From an uncultured virus (IMG/VR IMGVR_UViG_3300042466_000764) (Duplodnaviria > Heunggongvirae > Uroviricota > Caudoviricetes), in the IMG/VR virus record IMGVR_UViG_3300042466_000764: 53,966 bases of DNA; one strand, written 5' to 3'. Both the position numbers and the translations under genes were made by a program. This document shows positions 28,832-38,253 of the stretch, one piece after another (position 1 is the stretch's first letter; every line of letters starts with the position of its first letter). The notes below the pieces were generated by a model. That model was not told where the DNA came from. It did not search any database and worked only from the letters and a program-made list of their open reading frames with translations.

Positions 28832-29831
28832 CGTAGAAGAAGTATTATCACAGTTAGATCCTAAGTTACGTAAAAGACTTGGTAATGGAGTGGGGATAAA
28901 TTTTGAATATCAACCTACACCTAGTTTTGGATTAAATCGTGCACTTGGTGGAGGACTTCCATATGGTAGGCAGGTTTTAATTTGGGGAAGTAAGTCTTCT
29001 GCAAAATCTTCAATGTGTTTACAGATGATTGCTCTTGCACAAAAAGAAGGAAAGGTTTGTGCTTGGATTGATTCTGAAATGTCATACTCTGAGGATTGGG
29101 CTAAATCACTTGGTGTTGATCCAGAAAAACTTATTTATTCACAGGCAAGAACCATCAGCGACATGGTTGATGTAGGTGTTGGATTAATGAATGCTGGAGT
29201 TGATTTGATTGTTGTTGATTCAATAACATCAATGCTTCCTGCAATCTATTTTGAAAAAGATACTGATGAAATGAAAGCATTAGAAAATACAAAACAAATT
29301 GGTGCCGAATCTCGTGACTTTAGTAATGCTTGGAAAATGTTAAATTACGCAAACAATAAAGTAAAGCCAACATTGTTAGTACTTATTTCTCAATCAAGAA
29401 ATAATATTAATGCAATGTACACCAGTCAACAACCATCAGGTGGTCAGGCTACAAAGTTTTATTCTTCTTGCATTGTTAAACTTTTTTCTTCAGAGTCAGA
29501 CAATCAAGCACTCAAAGGAAAGATTCAAATTGGGGATAAGTTAATAGAAGAAAAAATTGGAAGAAAGATAAAGTGGGAACTACAATTTTCAAAAACATCT
29601 CCAGGTTTTCAATCTGGTGAATATGATTTTTACTTTAGAGGAGACAGCCTTGGCATAGACGCCATAGGTGACCTTGTAGATACAGCAGAGTCTGTAGGTA
29701 TAATTAACAGAACTGGTGCGTGGTATCAACTTGAAGACGGTACAAAAGTTCAAGGTAGAGAAGGATTCATTGATAGAGTAAGAGAGGACCTTGATCTTCA
29801 AGATATGATTAAGAAAAAACTTAGTGTCTAA
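28824..29831 (+). CDS. recA: RecA-like recombinase
   Basis: LNRALGGGLPYGR, CAWIDSE, LIVVDSI, SGGQATKFYSS, GAWY; variant Walker A GSKSSAKS. Confidence 0.92.
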   Translation: MVSVEEVLSQLDPKLRKRLGNGVGINFEYQPTPSFGLNRALGGGLPYGRQVLIWGSKSSAKSSMCLQMIALAQKEGKVCAWIDSEMSYSEDWAKSLGVDPEKLIYSQARTISDMVDVGVGLMNAGVDLIVVDSITSMLPAIYFEKDTDEMKALENTKQIGAESRDFSNAWKMLNYANNKVKPTLLVLISQSRNNINAMYTSQQPSGGQATKFYSSCIVKLFSSESDNQALKGKIQIGDKLIEEKIGRKIKWELQFSKTSPGFQSGEYDFYFRGDSLGIDAIGDLVDTAESVGIINRTGAWYQLEDGTKVQGREGFIDRVREDLDLQDMIKKKLSV

Positions 29832-30006
29832 CTATACTCTTTATAATGGCAAGTTTGTTTGTCATACCTGCAAGGCTATAGTAGCAACCTTAAGATCTTA
29901 CACAGAGACTAAAGAGTTAACGTGGATGTGCAAAGAAAAGCATTTAAGTAAAGTAACGCTGGTACATAAACGAAAGAAGGATTATGAGCGAGAAGAGCGA
30001 AAGTAA
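29824..30006 (+). CDS. Small zinc-binding protein
   Basis: CHTC...CKEKH in 60 aa; overlaps both neighbours. Confidence 0.6.
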   Translation: MSNYTLYNGKFVCHTCKAIVATLRSYTETKELTWMCKEKHLSKVTLVHKRKKDYEREERK

Positions 30007-30268
30007 AAGAATAGGTGCTACGCAGCACAAGAACTCAGGAAGAAACACCGTAAAGGGTGATGCTTCTTGGAATAACTTTGTAATTGATTTTAAGGAAGTG
30101 TCTAAGTCTTTTACTTTAAACAAAGAGGTTTGGGCTAAGGCTGTAACAGATGCTCTTAAGAAAAACATGGATCCAGCAATAGTTGTGGTTTTAGGACAGG
30201 GTAATAACAAGACAAGACTAGCCATTATTGAAATGGATATACTAGAACAATTAACAGATAGGGTATAA
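29984..30268 (+). CDS. Hjc-like Holliday junction resolvase / PD-(D/E)xK nuclease
   Basis: NSGR...KGDA...IDFKE...SFTL pattern in 94 aa. Confidence 0.65.
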   Translation: MSEKSESKRIGATQHKNSGRNTVKGDASWNNFVIDFKEVSKSFTLNKEVWAKAVTDALKKNMDPAIVVVLGQGNNKTRLAIIEMDILEQLTDRV

Positions 30269-30269
30269 T
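30261..30269 (+). promoter_or_regulatory. -10 element (TATAAT) overlapping stop; leaderless promoter of oxygenase array
   Basis: TATAAT at 30264-30269, 6 nt before ATG 30276; no SD. Confidence 0.55.
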
Positions 30270-30275
30270 AGTAAT

Positions 30276-30815
30276 ATGGAAAATATAGTATTGAATGATT
30301 TGTTTACTAAAGAAGAGTGCATTGAGTTGCACCTTATGGTTCAATCTGAAATGACAAACAGGCCACACGTTGATATTGTACATGACGAAAATGGATCACT
30401 TATTAATCAAGATGATGTTGTAATGATAGATAGAGAAAACGGAAGATTGATGGCAGAAATACTTCCAACTCCAGAACATATTATTGAAAAGTTAAAAAAG
30501 GTTATGAAAGATAACTATGGATCATGTGAGTACATTAGCACAGTGTATGCAGAATATTCCTCTAACACTGGAAGCCCAAAATTAAATGGTCACTTTGATC
30601 AAAAAAATGACACGACTTTATTAGACTATCAGTTACATTCAAACACAGTTTGGCCAATCACAATTGATAACATAAACTATGAACTAGCCGATAACCAAGG
30701 AGTAATCCTTAGACCACTAAAACAATTTCATGGTAGACCACAAAAGAATTTTAAAAAAGATGAGTTTGTAAATATGCTATTCTTTTTCTTTCAAAAACCA
30801 ACAGATAGGGATTAA
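30276..30815 (+). CDS. 2OG-Fe(II) oxygenase-like protein 1
   Basis: PKLNGHFD (HxD) ... WPI ... QFHGR (distal His); paralog of the next four ORFs. Confidence 0.72.
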   Translation: MENIVLNDLFTKEECIELHLMVQSEMTNRPHVDIVHDENGSLINQDDVVMIDRENGRLMAEILPTPEHIIEKLKKVMKDNYGSCEYISTVYAEYSSNTGSPKLNGHFDQKNDTTLLDYQLHSNTVWPITIDNINYELADNQGVILRPLKQFHGRPQKNFKKDEFVNMLFFFFQKPTDRD

Positions 30816-31523
30816 GTGAATACTTTATCAAAAGAAGAGTTAGAAAAAGGTTTTGTAGACAATAAAGATTTTGAGGCATTAGAAATAGAAGATGTTTTTG
30901 ATGAACATCACTTGTTTACAATCAAGCATCATTATAAAAGATTTCAACACTATTACACTACAACTGGTTATGCTGGTCAAAGAAAATGGGGCATGGGATA
31001 TCCAGAAATTTCTAAAAGACTAGAAGAACTAGTTAGTAAAAAACTTGGAGACGAAGTTGTTTTAACAGAATTAGAATTATGCATTTATACACCAGACTTT
31101 GGCTATGAACCAAAACTATATCCTCATTATGATAATCATTCAACAGAAGGACAAAGGTTAACTGTTTCTGTACAGATTGATTCAAATGTTGATTGGGATT
31201 TATTTGTTGAAAATAAAAGATACAAGACCAGCAACAACAAGGGTTTAGTCTTTTCTGGTACTCAACAAATACATTGGAGAGATAACTTAAAGTTTAAAAA
31301 AGGTGATTTTGTGGCAGCAGTATTTGGTCACTTTAAATATAAAAACAATAAACCTCAAAGTCCAAACCAAAAAGCAATAATGGACTATTGGGAAACAAAA
31401 TATCAAGAAGAAACTGGTATTCATCTTGATCCATTACCTATCGATCCAACAGCAGGAAACTGGGCACGTAAGGACGAATGGATTCAAACTGCTAGTGATA
31501 ATTTTTTTCAGGGAGAACAATAA
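30816..31523 (+). CDS. 2OG-Fe(II) oxygenase-like protein 2
   Basis: PKLYPHYD ... FSGTQQIHWR. Confidence 0.78.
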   Translation: MNTLSKEELEKGFVDNKDFEALEIEDVFDEHHLFTIKHHYKRFQHYYTTTGYAGQRKWGMGYPEISKRLEELVSKKLGDEVVLTELELCIYTPDFGYEPKLYPHYDNHSTEGQRLTVSVQIDSNVDWDLFVENKRYKTSNNKGLVFSGTQQIHWRDNLKFKKGDFVAAVFGHFKYKNNKPQSPNQKAIMDYWETKYQEETGIHLDPLPIDPTAGNWARKDEWIQTASDNFFQGEQ

Positions 31524-32170
31524 TGTCATTTGATCCAGCAATATATAATGAAGAGTTAGAAAAAGGAATTGTACCAAATAGAGATTTTGAAGTATTTGTT
31601 TACAAAAATATGATTACTGAAGAACATAATAAAATTATCTATCAGGAAGTTGAAAGAGTAAAGAATAACTTTATTACTCAAGATTTTGTTGGACACAGGG
31701 CTTGGAATTTTTATAATGAAGAGTTACAAAAATATTTAACTACCTGGATAAGCAATCTTTTGGGTGAACAAATGATTTTAAGTGAATTATCTTTTGCAAG
31801 ATATTCTCGCGAGTATGGTTATGAACCAAAACTATTTCCACATTTTGATACTCATGAAAAAGATGGACAAAGAATAACCCTTGACATACAATTAAATGCT
31901 ACTACACCTTGGGCAGTTGTAGTAGAAGGTGAGTCTTTTAATTTAGAAAATAACGATGGTTTAGTTTTTGCTGGAACTCAGCAAGTACATTGGAGAGAAA
32001 ATAAAACATTGTCAGATACAGATAAAGTAGATATGTTATTTGTTCATTTTAAATATGCTGATCATAGACCTTGGAGCAAAGATCAAAAGTTAATTTTAGA
32101 ATATTGGTCTCACAGGTTTAGAGAAAAAACTGGCATAGAAAGACAACCAGTACCAGTAGAAGCAAAGTAA
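31523..32170 (+). CDS. 2OG-Fe(II) oxygenase-like protein 3
   Basis: PKLFPHFD ... FAGTQQVHWR. Confidence 0.78.
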   Translation: MSFDPAIYNEELEKGIVPNRDFEVFVYKNMITEEHNKIIYQEVERVKNNFITQDFVGHRAWNFYNEELQKYLTTWISNLLGEQMILSELSFARYSREYGYEPKLFPHFDTHEKDGQRITLDIQLNATTPWAVVVEGESFNLENNDGLVFAGTQQVHWRENKTLSDTDKVDMLFVHFKYADHRPWSKDQKLILEYWSHRFREKTGIERQPVPVEAK

Positions 32171-32174
32171 ACAA

Positions 32175-32810
32175 ATGAATTATAAGGATGCTCCAAATAA
32201 AGTTGTAGATAACTTTTTTACAGAAGGTGAAATAAAAAGAATATACGATATAGTGCAAAACACTGATCGTACAGACTTTCAACAATACCTAAGTTATGTA
32301 AGTTGGCACATTGAGTTGCCACAAGACATTGTAGACAAAGTTACTAAAATTGCTGAAGATATTGTTGGCGAAGGGTTAGTTCTTGCAGAATATAATTTTT
32401 CTAGATATCAAAAAACAATATCTGACTGTAAAAAGTTATGGTTTAATCCATTACTATTTCCACACATAGATGATGCTTTTGATGGCAGAAGATTTACAGT
32501 TGATGTGCAATTAAAATCTAATGTTGATTGGGACATAGTTGTTGATAATTGGAAGTCTGAACAAACATTTAAACTTAATGACAACCAAGCACTAACATTT
32601 TCTGGAACACATCAAGTTCACTGGAGACCTAAAAAAGAATTTAAAGATGAAGAATTTTTAGAGGCCTTATTTTTACATTTTGTTCCTAAATTTAATAATT
32701 TTAAATCCACAGAAGAAAAAGAAGAGATTATTGGTAAAAGAGATTACCAATATAATGTGTGGGAGCAAACACCAGGTATCAGTTCAAACCCAACAGAGGG
32801 ATCATACTAA
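32175..32810 (+). CDS. 2OG-Fe(II) oxygenase-like protein 4
   Basis: VVDNFFT, PLLFPHID ... FSGTHQVHWR. Confidence 0.78.
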   Translation: MNYKDAPNKVVDNFFTEGEIKRIYDIVQNTDRTDFQQYLSYVSWHIELPQDIVDKVTKIAEDIVGEGLVLAEYNFSRYQKTISDCKKLWFNPLLFPHIDDAFDGRRFTVDVQLKSNVDWDIVVDNWKSEQTFKLNDNQALTFSGTHQVHWRPKKEFKDEEFLEALFLHFVPKFNNFKSTEEKEEIIGKRDYQYNVWEQTPGISSNPTEGSY

Positions 32811-33586
32811 TGACAGAGATGCACAAGTTTTTAACTGATTTTAATAAATATAATAAAAAACTTCCATTTTATATTGAAAAACCTTTTACACAACAACAAG
32901 CAGATTTGTTAAGAAGCACTATTGAAGAAAATAGAAACATTGTAGTAGATGATTTAATTAAATCAGATGATGCAACTATATCAGCCATGAATAGGTTTTA
33001 TCCTAAAAAAATTACAATCATGTCTAGAGAGTTAATCGAATTTGAATGTCCAAAAGAAATAGAAGATATTATGGACTCGTATGCAAAACCAGTATATAAA
33101 GAAGAAATAAAACTATGTCACTACAATTATATTAAATATGATATGCAGTATGGAGACGGAAAGTATGCACCATCGCTTCCGCCACATATTGATGCTGATG
33201 AGAACCTAGTTACTTTTAATTATCAAATTGGTGGCAACGTTGATGACTGGCAACTAGTTATTGATGGTGAACATTATGATCTTAAAAACGGTGACGCTAT
33301 GGTGTTTAGTGCAGTTAATCAAGTTCATTGGAGACCTAAGAGACACTGGAAGCCTGGAGAATATGTTGAGATAGTTAGTTTTGATTATTGTCCTCCAGAT
33401 AATTATAGATTTTTAGGAGATGAAAACCCAATAGATAATCAACACCACCCTGAATTAAGACAAAAATATATTGATGAGTTAAATCAACATCCAAGATTTC
33501 AACAAAGTTGGACACAGTATCACGAAGAAGGAAACAAACTAGGAATAGCAGATAATGACAACGGAGGATTTGGTCTTGGAAACTGA
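32810..33586 (+). CDS. 2OG-Fe(II) oxygenase-like protein 5
   Basis: PSLPPHID ... FSAVNQVHWR; ATG 32810 overlaps the upstream stop (TAATG). Confidence 0.78.
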   Translation: MTEMHKFLTDFNKYNKKLPFYIEKPFTQQQADLLRSTIEENRNIVVDDLIKSDDATISAMNRFYPKKITIMSRELIEFECPKEIEDIMDSYAKPVYKEEIKLCHYNYIKYDMQYGDGKYAPSLPPHIDADENLVTFNYQIGGNVDDWQLVIDGEHYDLKNGDAMVFSAVNQVHWRPKRHWKPGEYVEIVSFDYCPPDNYRFLGDENPIDNQHHPELRQKYIDELNQHPRFQQSWTQYHEEGNKLGIADNDNGGFGLGN

Positions 33587-33887
33587 AAACAGTAAAACAA
33601 CATTAGAGATGGTTAACGGTCTTGCTGAAATAGCAGAGTATATGCAAGATGAAGAATTAACTACAGCATTAACATTTATTGCAAAGGTTATTATTAAGCC
33701 AGATATACCAATGAATGTTGCAACTATAGAAATTGTTAGACTGCAAGCAATTGCAGCAAAGATGTCCTTTAAAGCAACTTGGATGACCAATGTTGATAAA
33801 AACGATAGAGCAAAAAAGAATATATATTATACTGCTGCAGAGTCAATTAATGATTTAGTTTCTGCTCTTAAGTACATTACGCGATAG
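33555..33887 (+). CDS. Conserved phage hypothetical protein (helical)
   Basis: KKNIYYTAAESINDLVSALKY C-terminus; the start may instead be TTG 33576 after SD GGAGG. Confidence 0.65.
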   Translation: MTTEDLVLETENSKTTLEMVNGLAEIAEYMQDEELTTALTFIAKVIIKPDIPMNVATIEIVRLQAIAAKMSFKATWMTNVDKNDRAKKNIYYTAAESINDLVSALKYITR

Positions 33888-33889
33888 TC

Positions 33890-33898
33890 TGCTATACT
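33890..33898 (+). promoter_or_regulatory. Extended -10 (TGCTATACT)
   Basis: Intergenic, upstream of SD AAGGA and ATG 33916. Confidence 0.5.
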
Positions 33899-33915
33899 AT
33901 ATTAAAAGGACAAAC

Positions 33916-34755
33916 ATGAAAAATTTATTACAGCAAGTTATGATTAAAAAAGAAATACATAATGGCGATGTAGACTTTACTAAAGGTCTAATTGAATCAA
34001 TTGAAAAAGGATATACTGCAAACTTAAAACCTAAGTATGCAAAAAAATATAGTTTTTCTCCATCAACATTAGTATGGAACCATGGTGAGTGTGCAAGATT
34101 TTGGTATTTAGCCTTTGAAGGAACTGTGTGGGAAGATAACGCAGATGCTTACGGTGTTGCTAACAGAACAGGTGGTAATCTAAGTCACGGTAGAATTCAA
34201 GATGCTTTATTAAAATCTGGTGTTCTTGCTGAAGATTTAGAAATGGATCCAGAGCCAAGAAAGTATAATAAACAAATACATCCAGCAATGGAGTTGGCTG
34301 TAAGATCTGAAGATCCTCCTATCAATGGATTTGCAGACGCTATGTTGCATTACAACGGAACTGACATTGTTGGCGAAATTAAAACTGTGCCAAATGAAGG
34401 TTTTGAATATAGAAAAATGCATAGAAAACCAAAGATGGATCATTTAAAACAAGTTCTTATTTATATGAAAGTATTTAAAAAAGATAAGGGTGTATTGATT
34501 TATGAAAATAAAAATAATCATGAATTGCTTACACTTCCTATTGAACTAAACGATCATTACCGCAGGTGGGTTAACCAGGCATTTGATTGGATGAGAACAG
34601 TTCGCAAAGCATGGGTTGATCAAACTATTCCTAAAAGGAATTATAGATCTAACTCAAAAATTTGTGCAAGATGTCCAATTCAAAAAGCATGTTCTGAAGC
34701 AGAGGCGGGAACTATTAAAATAGATTCCTTGGAGAACCTTGGTGAAGAACTGTAA
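33916..34755 (+). CDS. Cas4-like PD-(D/E)xK exonuclease
   Basis: FSPS...CARFWY, GFAD...GEIKT, QVLIY and C-terminal CARCPIQKAC (Fe-S ligands). Confidence 0.85.
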   Translation: MKNLLQQVMIKKEIHNGDVDFTKGLIESIEKGYTANLKPKYAKKYSFSPSTLVWNHGECARFWYLAFEGTVWEDNADAYGVANRTGGNLSHGRIQDALLKSGVLAEDLEMDPEPRKYNKQIHPAMELAVRSEDPPINGFADAMLHYNGTDIVGEIKTVPNEGFEYRKMHRKPKMDHLKQVLIYMKVFKKDKGVLIYENKNNHELLTLPIELNDHYRRWVNQAFDWMRTVRKAWVDQTIPKRNYRSNSKICARCPIQKACSEAEAGTIKIDSLENLGEEL

Positions 34756-35026
34756 ATGGTGTGAAAATAAATTTAAAGCAAAAGTAACATATCAGATATA
34801 TTGTTCTGAGGAATGCAGAGAGGCTGCAACTAAAGAAAAAATTGCTGAAAGATATGTTATTTCACGTAGACAAAAAAGAATTGGTAAGGCTAGAAAGTGC
34901 AAAAACTGTGGCAATGATTTGTCAATATATAATGATGAACCAATATGTACTTTTTGTTTAATTAATCCAGTAGAAGTTGTTAAGGCTTTAAAGAAAATGA
35001 GGATTATTATTAATGACAAAGAATAA
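34739..35026 (+). CDS. Cys-rich zinc-finger protein
   Basis: CKWC, YCSEEC, CKNC, CTFC; likely start GTG 34742. Confidence 0.65.
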   Translation: MVKNCKWCENKFKAKVTYQIYCSEECREAATKEKIAERYVISRRQKRIGKARKCKNCGNDLSIYNDEPICTFCLINPVEVVKALKKMRIIINDKE

Positions 35027-35600
35027 GTGGGGCCTAGAGATTATGCCTAATAATATTTGTGCAATGGATGCAAGCACAAATAGTTTGGCTTTTTCTGTTT
35101 ATAATAACAAACAACTTGGTTTTTTTGGAAAGATTAATTTTACTGGTAATACAACATATGAAAAGGTTGGGGATGCTTGCATAAAGACTCAGGCATTATT
35201 TGATCTTTATGATATAGATGCTGTGGTTATAGAGCATACAGTATTTATGAATAGTCCAAAAACTGCTGCAGATCTAGCCCTTGTACAGGGTGCCATTATA
35301 GGTGCTTTAAAAGTTTGCGGGGTATCAACAATAGGATCAGTATCACCAATCACATGGCAAAACTTTATAGGTAATAAGAAGATATCAAAAGAAGAAAGAA
35401 TATTAATTGCAAGTCAAAACCCTGGCAAGTCAGAGTCTTGGTACAAAACATATGAAAGAAATTTAAGGAAAGAAAGAACTATAAGGTTTGTCAATACTAT
35501 ATATGATAAAAATATAAGTGATAATGATGTTGCTGATGCCTGTGCTATAGGTCATTGGGCTATTAACAATTGGAACAAGGCCATGAGGATTGAGGAATAA
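35013..35600 (+). CDS. ruvC: RuvC-like Holliday junction resolvase
   Basis: AMDAS, VVIE, LALVQGAI, PITWQ, NDVADACAIG. Confidence 0.8.
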   Translation: MTKNKWGLEIMPNNICAMDASTNSLAFSVYNNKQLGFFGKINFTGNTTYEKVGDACIKTQALFDLYDIDAVVIEHTVFMNSPKTAADLALVQGAIIGALKVCGVSTIGSVSPITWQNFIGNKKISKEERILIASQNPGKSESWYKTYERNLRKERTIRFVNTIYDKNISDNDVADACAIGHWAINNWNKAMRIEE

Positions 35601-36244
35601 TGCCAGAGTTAAATGCAAACATTCCACCAATAGAATGTTATGTTAGAGGTAATTTTTTAAGAGATCAACAAGACTCTCATGATCAATATTTTCCTGTGGT
35701 AATTTTTGGTGTGTCAAGTGTAAAATCAAGAAGTCCGTTGTTTCATTTCTTGATGGAGGATGGTGGCCTTTGGTGGAGAATGCCAATTAATGCTTTTTGT
35801 ACTAAGCCAGATACCCCAGAACAACCATTGTATAATTTAGTTCTTTGGAATTCTTTTAGTTCACATATATCAGTAACTAAGTTTGAAAATTTAAGTAATA
35901 TGAAGATGTCATATTTAGACAGAACTAAACAAAATATATTTGGAAAGTACTTGTTTACTTTAGACTGGCACAGTCCAGATAGCAATATACTAGATGATGG
36001 ATACTCCGAAAACCCAGGGCAGCATAAGTGTGGGCATGTTATTCAACGCGATGATGGTAATTTTGCTATACAGCCAAATAATAGGGTTCGTTTATACGAG
36101 CCATCATTTGTTACTAAAAAATCATTAGTAATTGATAGATTGATCAATACAAATGCTTGGGATGTCGAAGGGTACAGCAAATGGACTACAGAAGACTCTA
36201 ACTCCTATAACTATGATATTATTGATACAGAGGATGATGAATAG
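35600..36244 (+). CDS. Conserved phage hypothetical protein
   Basis: LNANIPPIECYVRG...YLFTLDW...HKCGH...GNFAIQPNNR, a family I recall from aquatic phages; function unknown. Confidence 0.7.
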   Translation: MPELNANIPPIECYVRGNFLRDQQDSHDQYFPVVIFGVSSVKSRSPLFHFLMEDGGLWWRMPINAFCTKPDTPEQPLYNLVLWNSFSSHISVTKFENLSNMKMSYLDRTKQNIFGKYLFTLDWHSPDSNILDDGYSENPGQHKCGHVIQRDDGNFAIQPNNRVRLYEPSFVTKKSLVIDRLINTNAWDVEGYSKWTTEDSNSYNYDIIDTEDDE

Positions 36245-36245
36245 T

Positions 36246-36404
36246 ATGGCTTCTGGTAAAATGTATAGTAGCGAAGTTTTTATGCGTAAGAGATATCTTA
36301 TGGATAGAAAATCACCAGAAGAAATTGCCAAGGAGTGTGGATGTAGTGTTGAAACAGTATACGTTTATTTGGCTAAGTTTAGATTAAGGAAATCAAAAAG
36401 GTGA
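36246..36404 (+). CDS. Small HTH DNA-binding protein
   Basis: KSPEEIAKECGCSVETVYVYL; ATG 36246 directly after the upstream stop. Confidence 0.7.
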   Translation: MASGKMYSSEVFMRKRYLMDRKSPEEIAKECGCSVETVYVYLAKFRLRKSKR

Positions 36405-36676
36405 ACAACTTAACTCAAGATACAATTGCTAATATTTGCGATAATATAAAGAGCATGCTTATTGAAAAAAACAAATCATATGGTGATTCTGCACTTGATC
36501 CAATTAGAGTATTTTCTAAAGCAAGTTCAGATGAGCAGATAAAAATAAGAATTGATGACAAGTTGTCTAGGATATCAAGAGGTTCTGAGTTTTATGGGGA
36601 CAATGATTTAGATGATTTAATTGGATATTTAATTTTACTTAAGGTTTCAAAAGTTTATAAAAAGGGAGATGTGTAA
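36401..36676 (+). CDS. DUF1599 / nucleotide-modification-associated domain 1 protein
   Basis: EKNKSYGDS...IRIDDKLSRI...DDLIGYLIL signature. Confidence 0.75.
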   Translation: MNNLTQDTIANICDNIKSMLIEKNKSYGDSALDPIRVFSKASSDEQIKIRIDDKLSRISRGSEFYGDNDLDDLIGYLILLKVSKVYKKGDV

Positions 36677-36677
36677 A

Positions 36678-37730
36678 ATGGAAGGTCACGACATAGATAA
36701 AACAAGAACAGATGAGGACATGAAAGAAATTGCTTTTAGTACACCAGCAGCAGCCGAATACCATCCTTTAGATAGACAAGATGGAATAAATATGTATGAA
36801 ACTTTGAACAAACAGTTTTCAAAAGTTTCTAAACAAAGTTATAAGGCTTTATTACAAAATGAAAAAGTAGAACTACCATTTGCAAGACAGTTAACTGGGT
36901 GGAATAATTTAATAGAAGGACTATATAAAGATTCTAAAAAATTAGATACAACTCAGTTGTGGGTTGATTTTCCAGAAGATGAGTTTGTTCCAAACAAGCA
37001 GGGCTTTAGATCAGATGAATTTACAAAAGAACATAAGGGCAAGCACATATTTTTTAATGGTTGTTCAGTAACCTACGGACAAGGATTGTATACAAAAGAA
37101 ACTTGGTCATACTTATTGCACAAATTAATTGGAAAAGACGAAGAGGTTTCTGGATACTACAACATAGGTACTCCTGGAAAAGGTGTTTTTGACATTGTTG
37201 CAAGCACTTTTAAATACATAGATAAGTATGGTAATCCAGATGTAATATTTTTAGACTTGCCAGATTTAAACAGATTCTACGCTTTAAATTCAGATAATGC
37301 TGATGAACTAGATAGACCAATGGATCCAATAGATTTGTTTTATTCTTTGAACGAAAACTATAGACATTCTTTAGTAAAACAAAATTCAACCTTAGCAATG
37401 TTTACTTCAACTCTATCAATATATTTATATCAATATTTAATGTTTTTAGAAATATATTGTAAGTCTCACAACATACAGTTATTTATATTTTCTTATGTTA
37501 GAGGAACAGATGCATTTTTAAGTTTATGTAATTTAGACAACTACTATATTACTACTGATCCAAATACGATGAACAAAATAGAACAAGAGGTGTTCGAATA
37601 TAGCAATAACCATAAGGATGATACATTTACAATGGTTGCAAGAGATGGCAGACATTACGGCACAGCATTTCATCACGTATGGGCAAATATGTTATATAAG
37701 ATGTATAAGGAAAAAAATAGTGTCAACTGA
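36678..37730 (+). CDS. SGNH/GDSL hydrolase-like protein
   Basis: NKQGFRSDEF; block I FNGCSVTYGQG; YNIGTPGKG; block V DGRHYG; start could be 36669 or 36678. Confidence 0.75.
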   Translation: MEGHDIDKTRTDEDMKEIAFSTPAAAEYHPLDRQDGINMYETLNKQFSKVSKQSYKALLQNEKVELPFARQLTGWNNLIEGLYKDSKKLDTTQLWVDFPEDEFVPNKQGFRSDEFTKEHKGKHIFFNGCSVTYGQGLYTKETWSYLLHKLIGKDEEVSGYYNIGTPGKGVFDIVASTFKYIDKYGNPDVIFLDLPDLNRFYALNSDNADELDRPMDPIDLFYSLNENYRHSLVKQNSTLAMFTSTLSIYLYQYLMFLEIYCKSHNIQLFIFSYVRGTDAFLSLCNLDNYYITTDPNTMNKIEQEVFEYSNNHKDDTFTMVARDGRHYGTAFHHVWANMLYKMYKEKNSVN

Positions 37731-38253
37731 ACAAGATTTAGTACAACACTTAGATCAAGTAAATAAAGTTGTTGAAGAATATCTTAAAGGAAATGATCCT
37801 ACAAGAATATCTAAACAACTTGCAATACCAAGACAACAGGTAGTTAGTTTAATTAATGAGTGGAAGGTTATGGCTTCCGCTAATGATGCAATTCGTGCTA
37901 GAGCAAAAGAAGCACTGGTTGCTGCAGATACTCACTATAGCAAATTAATTACAAAGGCTTATGAGGTTATTGAGGATGCAACAACAAGTGCTAACCTAAA
38001 TGCCAAAAGTCAGGGAATTAAGTTGGTATTGGATATTGAATCTAGAAGAATTGATATGTTGCAAAAAGCAGGGCTTTTAGAAAATAAAGAACTAGCAGAA
38101 GAAATGGTACAAATAGAAAGAAAGCAAGAAGTACTTATGAACATATTAAAAGATGTTGCTTCTGAGTATCCACAAGTTCGTGATGAAATCATGAGACGAC
38201 TTTCAAGCATTGCCAGGGAAAGCGAAGTGGTTACAGTTGTCCATGATGTTTGA
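37720..38253 (+). CDS. Terminase small subunit (putative, N-terminal HTH)
   Basis: HTH (PTRISKQLAIPRQQV) plus helical body directly upstream of terL; GTG start 37720. Confidence 0.6.
   Translation: MSTEQDLVQHLDQVNKVVEEYLKGNDPTRISKQLAIPRQQVVSLINEWKVMASANDAIRARAKEALVAADTHYSKLITKAYEVIEDATTSANLNAKSQGIKLVLDIESRRIDMLQKAGLLENKELAEEMVQIERKQEVLMNILKDVASEYPQVRDEIMRRLSSIARESEVVTVVHDV

Noticed and set aside
33916..34755. Cas4-like gene as evidence of a CRISPR-Cas system
   Set aside because: No repeat-spacer array or other cas genes are visible; solo Cas4-like nucleases are common in phages
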